A DNA stretch of 49,660 nt from an uncultured archaeon. GTDB taxonomy: Archaea > Aenigmatarchaeota > Aenigmatarchaeia > CG10238-14. The translations under genes and the position numbers were made by a program. The DNA lies in assembly GCA_964392445.1 (NCBI GenBank), contig CAYMPD010000006.1, positions 1 to 49,660 on the forward strand, in the 5' to 3' direction. The notes below the pieces were generated by a model. That model saw nothing but the letters and a program-made list of their open reading frames with translations. It ran no database searches and was not told the DNA's origin. This document shows, one piece after another, positions 18,335-28,307 of the stretch (positions are counted from its first letter, which is position 1; each line of letters begins with the position of its first letter).

Positions 18335-21300
18335 ATGAAAGAGAAAATAGTTTTATTTTTTATAGTAATTTTAATTTCTTTTAATGTTTCTTATTCTTGG
18401 TGGAATTCATCTTGGAAATATTGTAGGGAAATTACCTTTAATGAGGTTTCTGGAGCACCTAGAAGAAATGAACCTGTAGATATTTTTGTTGATTTTTCTG
18501 ATTCTGAAATAAAACCTAACAAAGATTCTATAAGGATAATAAATGATGCCTGTGATGATATAGGTAAGGAGATAGCATATTCTATATGGAACGAGACTTT
18601 TGATGGGGACGGAAGTTTAGAATCACTCAATTTGCTTTTTCATGTTAACGTGACTGAAAATTCCAAAATTAAATTCTCAATTTATTATGATTCAATTTCA
18701 AAACCAGAAGTGAATTATCCAGGAATTATTTGGCCGTCCCCTACTTATGATTGGAGGATAAAAACCCAAAAATATGATTTAGATCATGATAAGTCTGGAA
18801 ATTATAAAGGATTCAAAATATTCAAATATATTTCCGAGGGGGATTTAGAAACAAATTATGCGGGTAGTTATGGAGGGGGACCTTTAAGTCTATTAAGATT
18901 TCCAAGATTGAAAAATCAATTTTTTCTTTATCAAACCCCAATTTGTACTAAATATCTTAATTTTTTTGATGATAATTTAGTTTCATGTAAAATATGTCAA
19001 AACTCAGAAATAATTTATTGTGAAAATATGGGGACTAATGAATCTCAATTTTCTAATAGCGCATCTAGGAATATTTTTTATGATAACATCACCCCAGAGA
19101 ATTTATATTATAGAACGAACGAAGACGTTGAAATCAAGAGATCTAATTTAGATCGTACATCATATAAAGATCAATTTAGATTTGGTGTTGCCAATACAAC
19201 GGAGGGAACAAATTTCATTTCTGTGATAACAAATGGATCTAGTTTTTGGGATACAAGTGTAAAGTGGTATATGGTTCATAATCCTAGTGTATCTTTGGAC
19301 AATTATGGTGCTTTGCCGTCCCGTCCTAACCCTATCATATGGAAAACAATCTGGGTAGCAGTAACCAACGAAACACTCGAGAAAGCATATGAAAGAGCAG
19401 CCAATTGGAGTAAAGCAATAGATCACCCACTTGAGGATTATGTGACAGTCACTGCACAGCAAAAATATTCAGGAATAAAACTAAATTCATCTATCCCCAC
19501 CCACAATTTCAGTCCTGGTGAAATTCACATAAACACAAAAGTTCTTTACGAAAATAATCCATTAACTAATCTAACTCAAGACAATTTCGAAATATATTTG
19601 GACAATATCTCCACCCCATTAGTAAATTTCCAGAACCACAATAATGGTTCTTACAGTCTTACCACACAAGTATCTTCAAAAAAACTTGGAGTCCATGAAA
19701 TCAATGTTAAATTAAACTACAATAATGAAATAACCGAAGATGAGAATGAAATTGTATTACTAACTACCCTGAAAACCAAACCACTGATAATAACTAACAA
19801 TGCCTGGAAAAATTATATTTCAGCAGTATCTACTAAAAACCCAGTTCTAATTCACATATCCTCAAGAAAACTAATCGACAAATTCATACAAGATTACAAC
19901 CCAGACCAAATATTCCAATTAGGAACAAATCTCACTTTTGCAACAGATAATTACCTTGTTGATTCCAGAGAAACACTAATCAAAATCTTCTTTAACCAAT
20001 CGGATTTAATTATCCCATTAGACAAGGAAGCGGCATTAAAATCACCATTCATGAATCTACCAATCCTCTTCGAACCTTCTCAAGAAACCTTTGATTATCT
20101 TAACCCTGAAACCATTTACAATTTCACGGGAATCAATCAACTAGACATCCTATTCAAGGAGAAAATCCCAGAACCCGATTATTTTATCCTAACCGACCCA
20201 GATAATCAAAAATCAATGTTCTCTTTCACACTTTCCAAGAAAAAAGACGCATTTGTAGTTCTTTCCAATGATGAACCCCCACAACAATCCAAGAACAAAC
20301 TAATCCAAAAAATCAATCAATTCAATCCACCAGATTCCTATCATTTCGACAACACCATTTACCTAGCACTACTGGGAATACCTCACTTTTCTGTTCAGGA
20401 TCCAGTTGACAATAACGAGCAAATAACCACCGACATCCCATATTGTGACATCAACGAGGACGGTTACCAAGACCTCTCATGTGGAAGATTGGATGGTTCT
20501 CCCGAAGTTCTATCATACCAACTAGAATATTCGAAATTGTTCGAAGAAGATAAAACCGCTCTTATCCTAGCTTCTTACAACACCCCCGGAAAATTTTTTG
20601 ATCCTTTGACTTTAGGTGGAACTATGCTTGCTGGCTTAAAAACAGAACTCCAATTGGCGACAAAAGGATTTGAGATCACAAGATTAGTGGAAAAAAGATC
20701 AGAATTAGATCAATTAGACGCATCCATACTCAACGAGTTGAATGGGATTGCAGAGGTTCTAGGTTTAACACAAGCCGTGTCTTATCCAGCAGTATTCTCG
20801 GGTTTAATTGGTGATTTCACGAAATTGAGTTTAATTTCGAACGCTGGCAGTAAGATTCTTTATTCCATCTACGAATTTGATTGGGTTAGTTTTTGGAGGA
20901 GTATAATAGGACTGGAAAAACAATACCCCCAACATTTACCCGTCTTCAACGAAGATAACCTCAAGGAAGAAATCAAAAACAACCAAGTAGTAGCTTATTT
21001 TTCAAAGGGAAACGAAACCCACTGGTTCATACCAATAGAATCCGATTGGAAATCAACCACATACCAAGAGTTCAACCCCTCCAGTTTAGATAACACCCCC
21101 CTCTTCTATTACCTCATTTACTCGAAAAGTTACGGAATTAAGAATAAAATGCTAGATTTGGGAACATTATCCATGGTTTCATCGACAAGTGATTTTTACA
21201 GTCTTTACTCTGGACAGACCGCTAGTTATTTCTTCAAGAACTTTGATCAAACAGTCGGTAAAGCTATGCTGAAGGCAAACAACAGGAACTATGAAATTTC

Positions 21301-22549
21301 TCAAACTGAGTTAAATAAAAATAAAACCTACGAAAAAGAATACTATGACAAAATTCTTCTCGGAGATCCTTCATTAACATTTGATCCGAACTTAAAAACC
21401 CAACAATCCCCAGAGGTAGAATTGGAAGGCGGCACTTACACCATCACTTACGCAATAGAACCAAATTACGAACTCATCACTTTTAATGATTCCCGATACC
21501 TCATTTTCAACAACGCAGATGATTACATAATCGAGGATAATAAACCAATAATCCCAATTTACAGAGAAAGTTTCACATTACCTACAGATTCTGAACTAGT
21601 TGACTTTTCCTTAGAACTTTCTAACACCACTTACGATAACCTTGAGTTACCTATAATCGGTTCAGATATGAGTCAATTTACCGAACCATTCCCAGAGGAG
21701 TTATACTGGAACTACGAAATTGAGCTTCTTGACAACAGAAAAGTCTTCACCACGTTATTTTCACCCGTAATTTACTATCCAGACAATTCAGCGAAGGTTT
21801 TCGACACTATAACCATATCTTTCAGATATACTTCTCCGATTGAAATCACTAAAATCAATACAACTAACATCGAACAAGGGAACCCACAAAAAATCAACTT
21901 AGAAATATTTAATTCTTTAACTGAAATCAGGACAGCAGGATTTTCCTTGAAAGTTACCACAAATGAATTCGAGGATGAAATAACCAGCCATCTAAAACTT
22001 AGTCCAGGTATAAACACCTTCGAGATAGATTATGAAAACACCAATTATTTAGGAGATTACTCAGTTTCTGCGGTTCTCACTGATGACGATATTGTTGTCG
22101 GGCCAAGGTACACTCACTTCACGGTCTCGAAAATATCCATCCTCAAAAAAATCTTACACCCAATTTTCACATTTTTTAAAGCAAACTTCCAAGGATTTAC
22201 CAAACAAACAAGAAGCTTCAAAGAAGATTACACCATCAAAAAACAAGGAGGTAAAACTATCCTTGAATATATTTCTCTGCAAATGACCATAAAAATAGAA
22301 CAAGACAAGGAAAAAACAATAACATGGATGAAAACCAATAAAGGAGAATTAAAAATAGAACAAAAATTTGGTTTAATAGAGTATAAACTTTCAACCCCCG
22401 AAGGATCACTTCATATAATCAAAGAAAAAGGTAAAATAAAACAAAACTACAATGGAGACTCAGAAAAACTTAAGGAAATTCTGAACGAAATGGTAAATTC
22501 CTACAAAAATAAGGCAGAAGAACTACAATTAACCTCCCAAAAAACCTAA
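18335..22549 (+). CDS. Large secreted multidomain protein (DUF2341-like N-terminus, peptidase C25-like core, C25 propeptide-like domain)
   Basis: Signal peptide followed by WWNSSWKY; DIPYCDINEDGYQDLSCGRL and LLGDPSL resemble the C25 fold; KPIIPIY...FP..LY...SPVIYYP resembles Propeptide_C25. Confidence 0.6.
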   Translation: MKEKIVLFFIVILISFNVSYSWWNSSWKYCREITFNEVSGAPRRNEPVDIFVDFSDSEIKPNKDSIRIINDACDDIGKEIAYSIWNETFDGDGSLESLNLLFHVNVTENSKIKFSIYYDSISKPEVNYPGIIWPSPTYDWRIKTQKYDLDHDKSGNYKGFKIFKYISEGDLETNYAGSYGGGPLSLLRFPRLKNQFFLYQTPICTKYLNFFDDNLVSCKICQNSEIIYCENMGTNESQFSNSASRNIFYDNITPENLYYRTNEDVEIKRSNLDRTSYKDQFRFGVANTTEGTNFISVITNGSSFWDTSVKWYMVHNPSVSLDNYGALPSRPNPIIWKTIWVAVTNETLEKAYERAANWSKAIDHPLEDYVTVTAQQKYSGIKLNSSIPTHNFSPGEIHINTKVLYENNPLTNLTQDNFEIYLDNISTPLVNFQNHNNGSYSLTTQVSSKKLGVHEINVKLNYNNEITEDENEIVLLTTLKTKPLIITNNAWKNYISAVSTKNPVLIHISSRKLIDKFIQDYNPDQIFQLGTNLTFATDNYLVDSRETLIKIFFNQSDLIIPLDKEAALKSPFMNLPILFEPSQETFDYLNPETIYNFTGINQLDILFKEKIPEPDYFILTDPDNQKSMFSFTLSKKKDAFVVLSNDEPPQQSKNKLIQKINQFNPPDSYHFDNTIYLALLGIPHFSVQDPVDNNEQITTDIPYCDINEDGYQDLSCGRLDGSPEVLSYQLEYSKLFEEDKTALILASYNTPGKFFDPLTLGGTMLAGLKTELQLATKGFEITRLVEKRSELDQLDASILNELNGIAEVLGLTQAVSYPAVFSGLIGDFTKLSLISNAGSKILYSIYEFDWVSFWRSIIGLEKQYPQHLPVFNEDNLKEEIKNNQVVAYFSKGNETHWFIPIESDWKSTTYQEFNPSSLDNTPLFYYLIYSKSYGIKNKMLDLGTLSMVSSTSDFYSLYSGQTASYFFKNFDQTVGKAMLKANNRNYEISQTELNKNKTYEKEYYDKILLGDPSLTFDPNLKTQQSPEVELEGGTYTITYAIEPNYELITFNDSRYLIFNNADDYIIEDNKPIIPIYRESFTLPTDSELVDFSLELSNTTYDNLELPIIGSDMSQFTEPFPEELYWNYEIELLDNRKVFTTLFSPVIYYPDNSAKVFDTITISFRYTSPIEITKINTTNIEQGNPQKINLEIFNSLTEIRTAGFSLKVTTNEFEDEITSHLKLSPGINTFEIDYENTNYLGDYSVSAVLTDDDIVVGPRYTHFTVSKISILKKILHPIFTFFKANFQGFTKQTRSFKEDYTIKKQGGKTILEYISLQMTIKIEQDKEKTITWMKTNKGELKIEQKFGLIEYKLSTPEGSLHIIKEKGKIKQNYNGDSEKLKEILNEMVNSYKNKAEELQLTSQKT

Positions 22550-22622
22550 AAACCTATTAAATCAATCACCAATATCCTTAAATATCTCCTTTTACCTTTT
22601 AATTATATAGAGGTGTAATTTA

Positions 22623-22844
22623 ATGGGAAAATCGAGTAAAGAATTGCCATTGGCTCCGCTTGAAAGGGTTTTAAGAAAAGCAGGTGCAAAAAGAGTCTCA
22701 AAGAAAGCAGTAAAAGAATTCGCAAATGTCATCGCAGATTACGCTTATAGTCTGTCCACAGAAGCATCTGCATTAGCTAAGCATGCTGGGAGAAAAACCA
22801 TTATTGACAAGGATGTTAGAATGGCAAGAAGAAGAATGGTCTAA
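22623..22844 (+). CDS. Archaeal histone (HMf-type)
   Basis: ELPLAPLERVLRKAGAKRVS...AKHAGRKTI..KDV histone-fold signature; SD GAGGTG. Confidence 0.93.
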   Translation: MGKSSKELPLAPLERVLRKAGAKRVSKKAVKEFANVIADYAYSLSTEASALAKHAGRKTIIDKDVRMARRRMV

Positions 22845-22913
22845 ATTTTTTTCTATTTAAGATAAGTCTAATGTATTTTACTTTTACCTACTATAAAATG
22901 TCAGGGGGTGTAT

Positions 22914-23387
22914 ATGGAAACAATAGTTGATTTTATTGGTAAATTTTCGGGCATGGTTAAGGATTCGATAAGGGAAACCAATTCATGCATCGGAAAAGAA
23001 TTCATTGATACCACAGCTGGAAAAAAAGGAGTTTGTGTCGATAGAATAACAGATTTTTTTGGAACAAAGATATCCTTTTTGGGCGTCAAGTATAAAAAAG
23101 AGGAATTAGATAGAATAGATAACACAACCGGGGATGTACTTGTTTGTCAGACTGACAATGATAGGTTGTTTATACCAATGACTGGCATTAAAGCAGTGGG
23201 AGAATCGATTATTTTACTGAAAACCGAATTAAAAGTTCCTGAAATTACTGGAGCTACTGCCAAGAAAACAGACGTATTCAAAAGATATCACCTAACAGTT
23301 GAGGCGATCAAGGATAGTCTTCCGACCGCGGTTCCAATGGGGACAGAAGAAGGTAGAGGATGGTTGAAAAAATTAGTTGGAGAATAG
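22914..23387 (+). CDS. Putative PRC-barrel domain protein
   Basis: IGKEFIDTTAGKKGVCVD and LFIPMTGIKAVGESIILL resemble PRC-barrel strands; SD GGGGTG before ATG 22914. Confidence 0.5.
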   Translation: METIVDFIGKFSGMVKDSIRETNSCIGKEFIDTTAGKKGVCVDRITDFFGTKISFLGVKYKKEELDRIDNTTGDVLVCQTDNDRLFIPMTGIKAVGESIILLKTELKVPEITGATAKKTDVFKRYHLTVEAIKDSLPTAVPMGTEEGRGWLKKLVGE

Positions 23388-23388
23388 A

Positions 23389-24393
23389 ATGCTTACTTTA
23401 GAAGAGATATTAATTGAATTAGAAGATAAAACGAAATTCTCTCGTGAAAACCTCCAAGAAAAAATAAAAGAAAAACACAAAGAACTCTCGGGTTTAGTTT
23501 CATTAGAGGGCGCAGGACATCTAGTTGCTAGGGATCTTGGGGTTAATTTGCTTACTGTTGATAGGAAACCGTTGAAAGTAGATCAGTTATCAGAAGGCAT
23601 GAAAAACATCAAAGTTAAAGGAAGAATAACTCAAATATCTGGGATAAGAGAATTTAAAAGAAAAGATGGTTCAGAAGGAAGGGTTTCTAACATTTTTATC
23701 TCAGATGATACTGGTCAGGTCAGAATACCACTCTGGGATAAACAGGTGAAGATGATCGAGGATGGAACACTGTCGAGTGGCGATGTGGTTCAAGTAGAAG
23801 GAGGAAACATAAAAAAGAACATTTATGGAGGTTTGGAAATTGCATTACCAAAACATTCTCAGATAAAAAAACTAGAGGATGATGAATCAATACCCGAAAC
23901 CCCAACTAAGATTACTTCGGAAAGAATTGATATAAAGGACGCTCAAGAAGGATTTTATGAGATTCAAGGAACATTCGTTCAATTGTTTAACACCAATCCA
24001 ATATTCCAATTATGTCCCAAGTGCCGAAAAGGATTGGAGGAGAAGGACGATGATTATGTTTGCGAAGAGCATGGTAAGGTTAAACCTGACAATGCTATGA
24101 TAATTTCGGGTATTGTCGATGATGGTACTTCCAGTATGAGAGCGGTCTTTTTTAGAGATCAAGCCGAAGAGTTTACGGGATTAGAAAACTCAGTTTTAAT
24201 GGATCTTTCAAAGGATGAAGCAACAGATATGATTGAGGAGAACGTTTTGGGGAAGGAGGTTGTACTTTCGGGAAGAATAAGAAGAAATAAATTGTTTGAT
24301 AATCTTGAACTTGCTGTTAATAATGTGAAAGAACTAAATATCAAAAAAGAGACGAAAAAACTTATAGATGAAATAGAAAGTTATGGTGGATAA
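23389..24393 (+). CDS. rpa: Replication protein A (OB folds plus zinc finger)
   Basis: [28 protein letters not shown] fold; CPKC...CEEH Zn finger; [12 protein letters not shown]. Confidence 0.85.
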   Translation: MLTLEEILIELEDKTKFSRENLQEKIKEKHKELSGLVSLEGAGHLVARDLGVNLLTVDRKPLKVDQLSEGMKNIKVKGRITQISGIREFKRKDGSEGRVSNIFISDDTGQVRIPLWDKQVKMIEDGTLSSGDVVQVEGGNIKKNIYGGLEIALPKHSQIKKLEDDESIPETPTKITSERIDIKDAQEGFYEIQGTFVQLFNTNPIFQLCPKCRKGLEEKDDDYVCEEHGKVKPDNAMIISGIVDDGTSSMRAVFFRDQAEEFTGLENSVLMDLSKDEATDMIEENVLGKEVVLSGRIRRNKLFDNLELAVNNVKELNIKKETKKLIDEIESYGG

Positions 24394-24395
24394 TT

Positions 24396-26957
24396 ATGGC
24401 AGAGGAAAAAAAGAAAGAGAAATCGGAATCACAAAAACCAGAAAAGCTTGATAAACATCAACTTCAGGATATTTCTGGTGTGGGACCTAAACTTGAAGAT
24501 AAGTTAGTTGAGTCTGGACTAAGAGATCCTATGGCCATTGCCGTTTCCTCGCCTGGTGAACTTGCTAGTATATTGGAAATAGGTGAAGCTACAGCCGGGA
24601 AAATAATTAACGGTGCCAGGCAGATGCTTGAGATGGGGTTCACTTCTGCGGATAAGGTCTGGGAACAGAGAAAAAAGATGGCAAAGATAACTACTAGCAG
24701 TGAGAATCTGGATAATCTTCTTGGTGGAGGCGTTGAAACACAAGCTATTACGGAGATTTACGGGGGATTTGGCAGCGGAAAAACCCAAATAGCTTTCCAA
24801 TTAGCCGTTAACGTTCAATTATCAGAGAAAAAAGGCGGTTTAGGCGCTAATTGCCTCTTTATTGACACAGAGAATAGTCTTCCTTATGATGAAAAAATAT
24901 TAATAGCGACGAAAAAAGGATATGAGTTTGTCAAAATAGGTAAACTTGTTGAGGAAAGAATAGAAAATGGTGATAAAAAAGAGTTTAGAGGAACTTTATT
25001 TACAGAAGATAATCCAGAAAAAATTAAGGCAGTAAGTTTTGATCCAAAGTCTTTTAAAATAAACACCTTTGAAATAACCGGATTTATGAAACATCCTGAG
25101 AATGATATTTACGAGGTCACTCTAGCAAGTGGTAGAAAAGTTAGAGTCACAAGTCATCATAATTTTTTCACATTGTCGGAACAGGGAGATTTGAGAGAAA
25201 TATCTACGGATGAATTGAATGAAGATACCTTTGTAGCAATTCCAGGCAAATTACCTGAGATAAAATCACCAGATATTTTAGAACTGGATGAACTTTTTTA
25301 TGAAAATAAATTATTTGATTTTTATGTGAGAGGAGATACTAAATTTATCAAATTTTTGAAGAAAAATAAGAAATTATTAAAAGAAGTATCTAAATCGGAT
25401 TACCATAAGGACTCTTATCATAGTTTTGCAACTAATGGAAGTTTACCGCTTAAAATTTTCATGAAAATTAAAGATTCTTTACCAGAAAATATTTTAAATG
25501 AACTTAGAATTGGTAGTTGGTCTAGAACTAACTCCTTACCGATTCAAATGAAAATAGATGAAGAATTAGTCAGATTTTTGGGATTTTACTTGGCTGAGGG
25601 TTGTTGCTTGCATGTAAATAATTCAGTTTTAATCACTACCGGAAAAGAGAAGGGAAGAAGGATTATCCAAGATTTTGCCGATTTAAATAATTTGAATGTA
25701 CAAGAAGTCAAAAATGGATTCGATTTTAAGATAACTTCAAAAACTTTATTAAATTTCTTAGACATCATTGGAATAGGTAAAAATTCTCATGAAAAAAGTA
25801 TACCACCATTCATCTTTGGATTGGATGAAAATTTAAAGTCCGAATTTCTAGAATCTTATCTCTTTGGTGATGGTACTGTAGATTCTATAACCGGTCAAAC
25901 TTCTTGTGAAACAGTTAGTGAAGATCTAAAATCCGATCTACTTTATTTCACTATGGGAATAGGAATACCTTCTCGAGGATATCTAATTAGAAGAAAGAAG
26001 ACAAAAAGAGATGGGTTTAATATAAGTCATCAAATTACATGGGCAACCGAACCCAGAAAGGATCCTAAGTTACTCCATATTCCAAATAGTTCAGGACAAG
26101 TTGGCGGAATAATAAGACAGTGTAGAAATCAAAATAACCTTACTATGGAGAAATTTTCTAATAATTTAGGCTACAGAACTTTAACACCCATTTCACAAGT
26201 TGAAAATTCATACGTTAAGAAAATAGGGAGAACTAAATTGAATAAATTTATCGGATTTTTGAAAAAATATAAACCAACAAAAAGAATAGAAATTTTGGAT
26301 AAGTTAGTAAAAAGCAACATTTGGTTCGATAGAGTAAAGAATATAGAAAAGACTGGAAAAGAACCTACATATGATGTAGAAGTTCTACCAAAAGGAAAGA
26401 AAATACAAAATTTCGTTGCTGGGAATGGTGGCATATTCTTACACAATACATTCCGTCCCAACCGAATAATAGAACTCGCTAAAGCGTTGGAATTAGATGA
26501 AAAGGAAATTTTAAAAAATATTTTTGTAGCTAGGGCATATAATTCCGACCACCAGATGTTTTTGGTTGACCAGGCTTCAGATATGATAGAGAAGAATAAT
26601 GTGAAATTGATTGTGGTTGATAGTCTTACGTCTCATTTTCGTGCGGAATACATGGGTAGAGGACAACTAGCTCCAAGACAACAGAAATTAAACAAACACC
26701 TTCATGCTCTGCAGAGAATGGCAGATGCTCACAATCTTGCTGTTTATGTTACTAATCAGGTTCAGGCTAATCCTGCTATACTTTTCGGTGATCCTACTAA
26801 ACCTGTTGGTGGTCATATAGTTGCTCATCAGACGTCTTATAGGTTGTATTTAAGGAAGTCTAAAGGCGAAAAAAGAATTGCTAAGATAATGGACTCACCT
26901 GATCTTCCTCCTGGTGAATGTGTGTTCAAGGTTTTAGGTGAAGGGGTTAGGGATTAA
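24396..26957 (+). CDS. radA: DNA repair and recombination protein RadA containing an intein
   Basis: N-terminal HhH domain, Walker [18 protein letters not shown], Walker [23 protein letters not shown]. Exteins of 160 + 169 aa give 329 aa. Confidence 0.95.
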   Translation: MAEEKKKEKSESQKPEKLDKHQLQDISGVGPKLEDKLVESGLRDPMAIAVSSPGELASILEIGEATAGKIINGARQMLEMGFTSADKVWEQRKKMAKITTSSENLDNLLGGGVETQAITEIYGGFGSGKTQIAFQLAVNVQLSEKKGGLGANCLFIDTENSLPYDEKILIATKKGYEFVKIGKLVEERIENGDKKEFRGTLFTEDNPEKIKAVSFDPKSFKINTFEITGFMKHPENDIYEVTLASGRKVRVTSHHNFFTLSEQGDLREISTDELNEDTFVAIPGKLPEIKSPDILELDELFYENKLFDFYVRGDTKFIKFLKKNKKLLKEVSKSDYHKDSYHSFATNGSLPLKIFMKIKDSLPENILNELRIGSWSRTNSLPIQMKIDEELVRFLGFYLAEGCCLHVNNSVLITTGKEKGRRIIQDFADLNNLNVQEVKNGFDFKITSKTLLNFLDIIGIGKNSHEKSIPPFIFGLDENLKSEFLESYLFGDGTVDSITGQTSCETVSEDLKSDLLYFTMGIGIPSRGYLIRRKKTKRDGFNISHQITWATEPRKDPKLLHIPNSSGQVGGIIRQCRNQNNLTMEKFSNNLGYRTLTPISQVENSYVKKIGRTKLNKFIGFLKKYKPTKRIEILDKLVKSNIWFDRVKNIEKTGKEPTYDVEVLPKGKKIQNFVAGNGGIFLHNTFRPNRIIELAKALELDEKEILKNIFVARAYNSDHQMFLVDQASDMIEKNNVKLIVVDSLTSHFRAEYMGRGQLAPRQQKLNKHLHALQRMADAHNLAVYVTNQVQANPAILFGDPTKPVGGHIVAHQTSYRLYLRKSKGEKRIAKIMDSPDLPPGECVFKVLGEGVRD
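24876..26447 (+). mobile_element. Intein (524 aa) with LAGLIDADG homing endonuclease and an HTH-like insert
   Basis: Block A SLPYDEKI, block B TSHH, LAGLIDADG-like GFYLAEG and SYLFGDG, block F YDVEV, terminal HN followed by Thr+1. Confidence 0.92.
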
Positions 26958-27005
26958 GAGTAAACCTATAAAACTATAACACTATTAATTCTAAGAAGGA
27001 TTCTT

Positions 27006-27416
27006 ATGGAAGAACTATTGGAAATTTTAGAGGAGGAAGAATTCCTGGAATTGGAAGAAGAGGATTTGGTTCAAACCGAAGAGGAAACCGAAGAAATCAA
27101 AGATCAAGATGCCCAAGAAAAAGGAGAATCTGAGAAAAAACAAGGATATCAATCTAAAACCCAAAATTACAACTCTTATCATCCCGTCGATGAAAACCTC
27201 GAAAGTTCCTATTTCCCACCAGGGGTTCTAGGATTTGCAAAACCTTCAACAGGTGAAGCATTTGTTAATCCCGATGTTTACGGACAGATGAGAGAAGTAG
27301 TTAAACTCCATGAAAGACTCCATTTAATGTATCCCCACTTGAATGAAACATCAATCAGAGTTATGACAAACAATCTAAGTAATGGCCCTTATGTTCCGAC
27401 AGGGAGGGCTTACTGA
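27006..27416 (+). CDS. Hypothetical protein: acidic N-terminal tract plus HExxH (HERLH) mini-zincin domain
   Basis: 17 of the first 30 residues are E/D; VLGF...HERLH......NE in the C-terminal half. Confidence 0.6.
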   Translation: MEELLEILEEEEFLELEEEDLVQTEEETEEIKDQDAQEKGESEKKQGYQSKTQNYNSYHPVDENLESSYFPPGVLGFAKPSTGEAFVNPDVYGQMREVVKLHERLHLMYPHLNETSIRVMTNNLSNGPYVPTGRAY

Positions 27417-27425
27417 GGTTAATAA

Positions 27426-28055
27426 ATGACAATAAAAGTAATAGTATTTGATCTTTGGTATACTCTAGCTTATGATACTTCCCATGAAATACACGAAAAA
27501 ATAGCTGGGCTTTTGGGATTTGAGAACAGACACGAATTCTGGAGTCATTTGGATGAACGTTTTTTCGGGACGAGAATGACCTTTTACGACTACATCAGAA
27601 AGATAATTGAAGAAAAGAATTTGTCAGAAGAAACATTCGATGAAATAGTAAATCTATGGAATAAGGCTAAAATAAATGTTGACATTTTTCCAGAAACAAT
27701 TGAAATTTTGGAAAGACTGAGTCAAAAATATAAACTAGTTCTTTTATCAAACACGGCTGAAAAGGAAGGAAAAGAAGTCATAGAAAGATTTGGGTTAAAG
27801 AAATATTTTGACGAGATAATACTCTCGGGTAGTGTAGGATTAGCAAAACCAGATCCGAGAATATTTGAATTGGTACTTGAGAAAATGAATGTTAAACCCG
27901 AGCAGGTTTTAATGGTCGGAGATAATTTGAATACGGATATTATTCCCGCAAGGAATTTAGGTATGAAGGGTATACTTGTCGATACTAAGAAAAAGTATCC
28001 TAAATATGAAGACGAAGACTGGTATATTAATTCTTTAAGTCAGATTGACGTCTAA
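27426..28055 (+). CDS. HAD-superfamily hydrolase
   Basis: VFDLWYTL, LSN, KPDPRIF, MVGDNLNTDI. Confidence 0.9.
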   Translation: MTIKVIVFDLWYTLAYDTSHEIHEKIAGLLGFENRHEFWSHLDERFFGTRMTFYDYIRKIIEEKNLSEETFDEIVNLWNKAKINVDIFPETIEILERLSQKYKLVLLSNTAEKEGKEVIERFGLKKYFDEIILSGSVGLAKPDPRIFELVLEKMNVKPEQVLMVGDNLNTDIIPARNLGMKGILVDTKKKYPKYEDEDWYINSLSQIDV

Positions 28056-28056
28056 A

Positions 28057-28239
28057 TTAGTTTTTTTTGGATTGTATTATGAACATTCCTAGTAATCCTA
28101 TACCTAACCCTAGAAATATTCCTCCAACAAGTTGATCGGTAATAAAACCAAATCCCATCCCGATTAAAAGGCATGCTGGGACTAAAAGACCACTTCTATC
28201 CTCTTTTTTACCCTTCTTCCTCTTTTTCGTTTTTGCTAT
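28057..28239 (-). CDS. Small 2-TM membrane protein (60 aa) with an apparent ATA start; absent from the ORF track
   Basis: IAKTKKRKKGKKEDRSGLLVPACLLIGMGFGFITDQLVGGIFLGLGIGLLGMFIIQSKKN*. No ATG/GTG/TTG lies between the upstream in-frame stop and the ATA. Confidence 0.55.
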   Translation of the reverse strand: MAKTKKRKKGKKEDRSGLLVPACLLIGMGFGFITDQLVGGIFLGLGIGLLGMFIIQSKKN

Positions 28240-28307
28240 GAGAGTAATTGAATTATTTGGAACATATTTTTAACGAACTTAAGTTATAACCACTAAAATA
28301 ATTACTC
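28240..28307. promoter_or_regulatory. Divergent promoter region with dyad symmetry
   Basis: Central perfect palindrome AACTTAAGTT (28276-28285). AATTACTC(TC) immediately precedes both divergent start codons. Confidence 0.45.

Noticed and set aside
18335-22549. Diversity-generating retroelement target or internal tandem repeats in the giant gene
   Set aside because: No template/variable repeat pair, no reverse transcriptase and no obvious repeats in the window.
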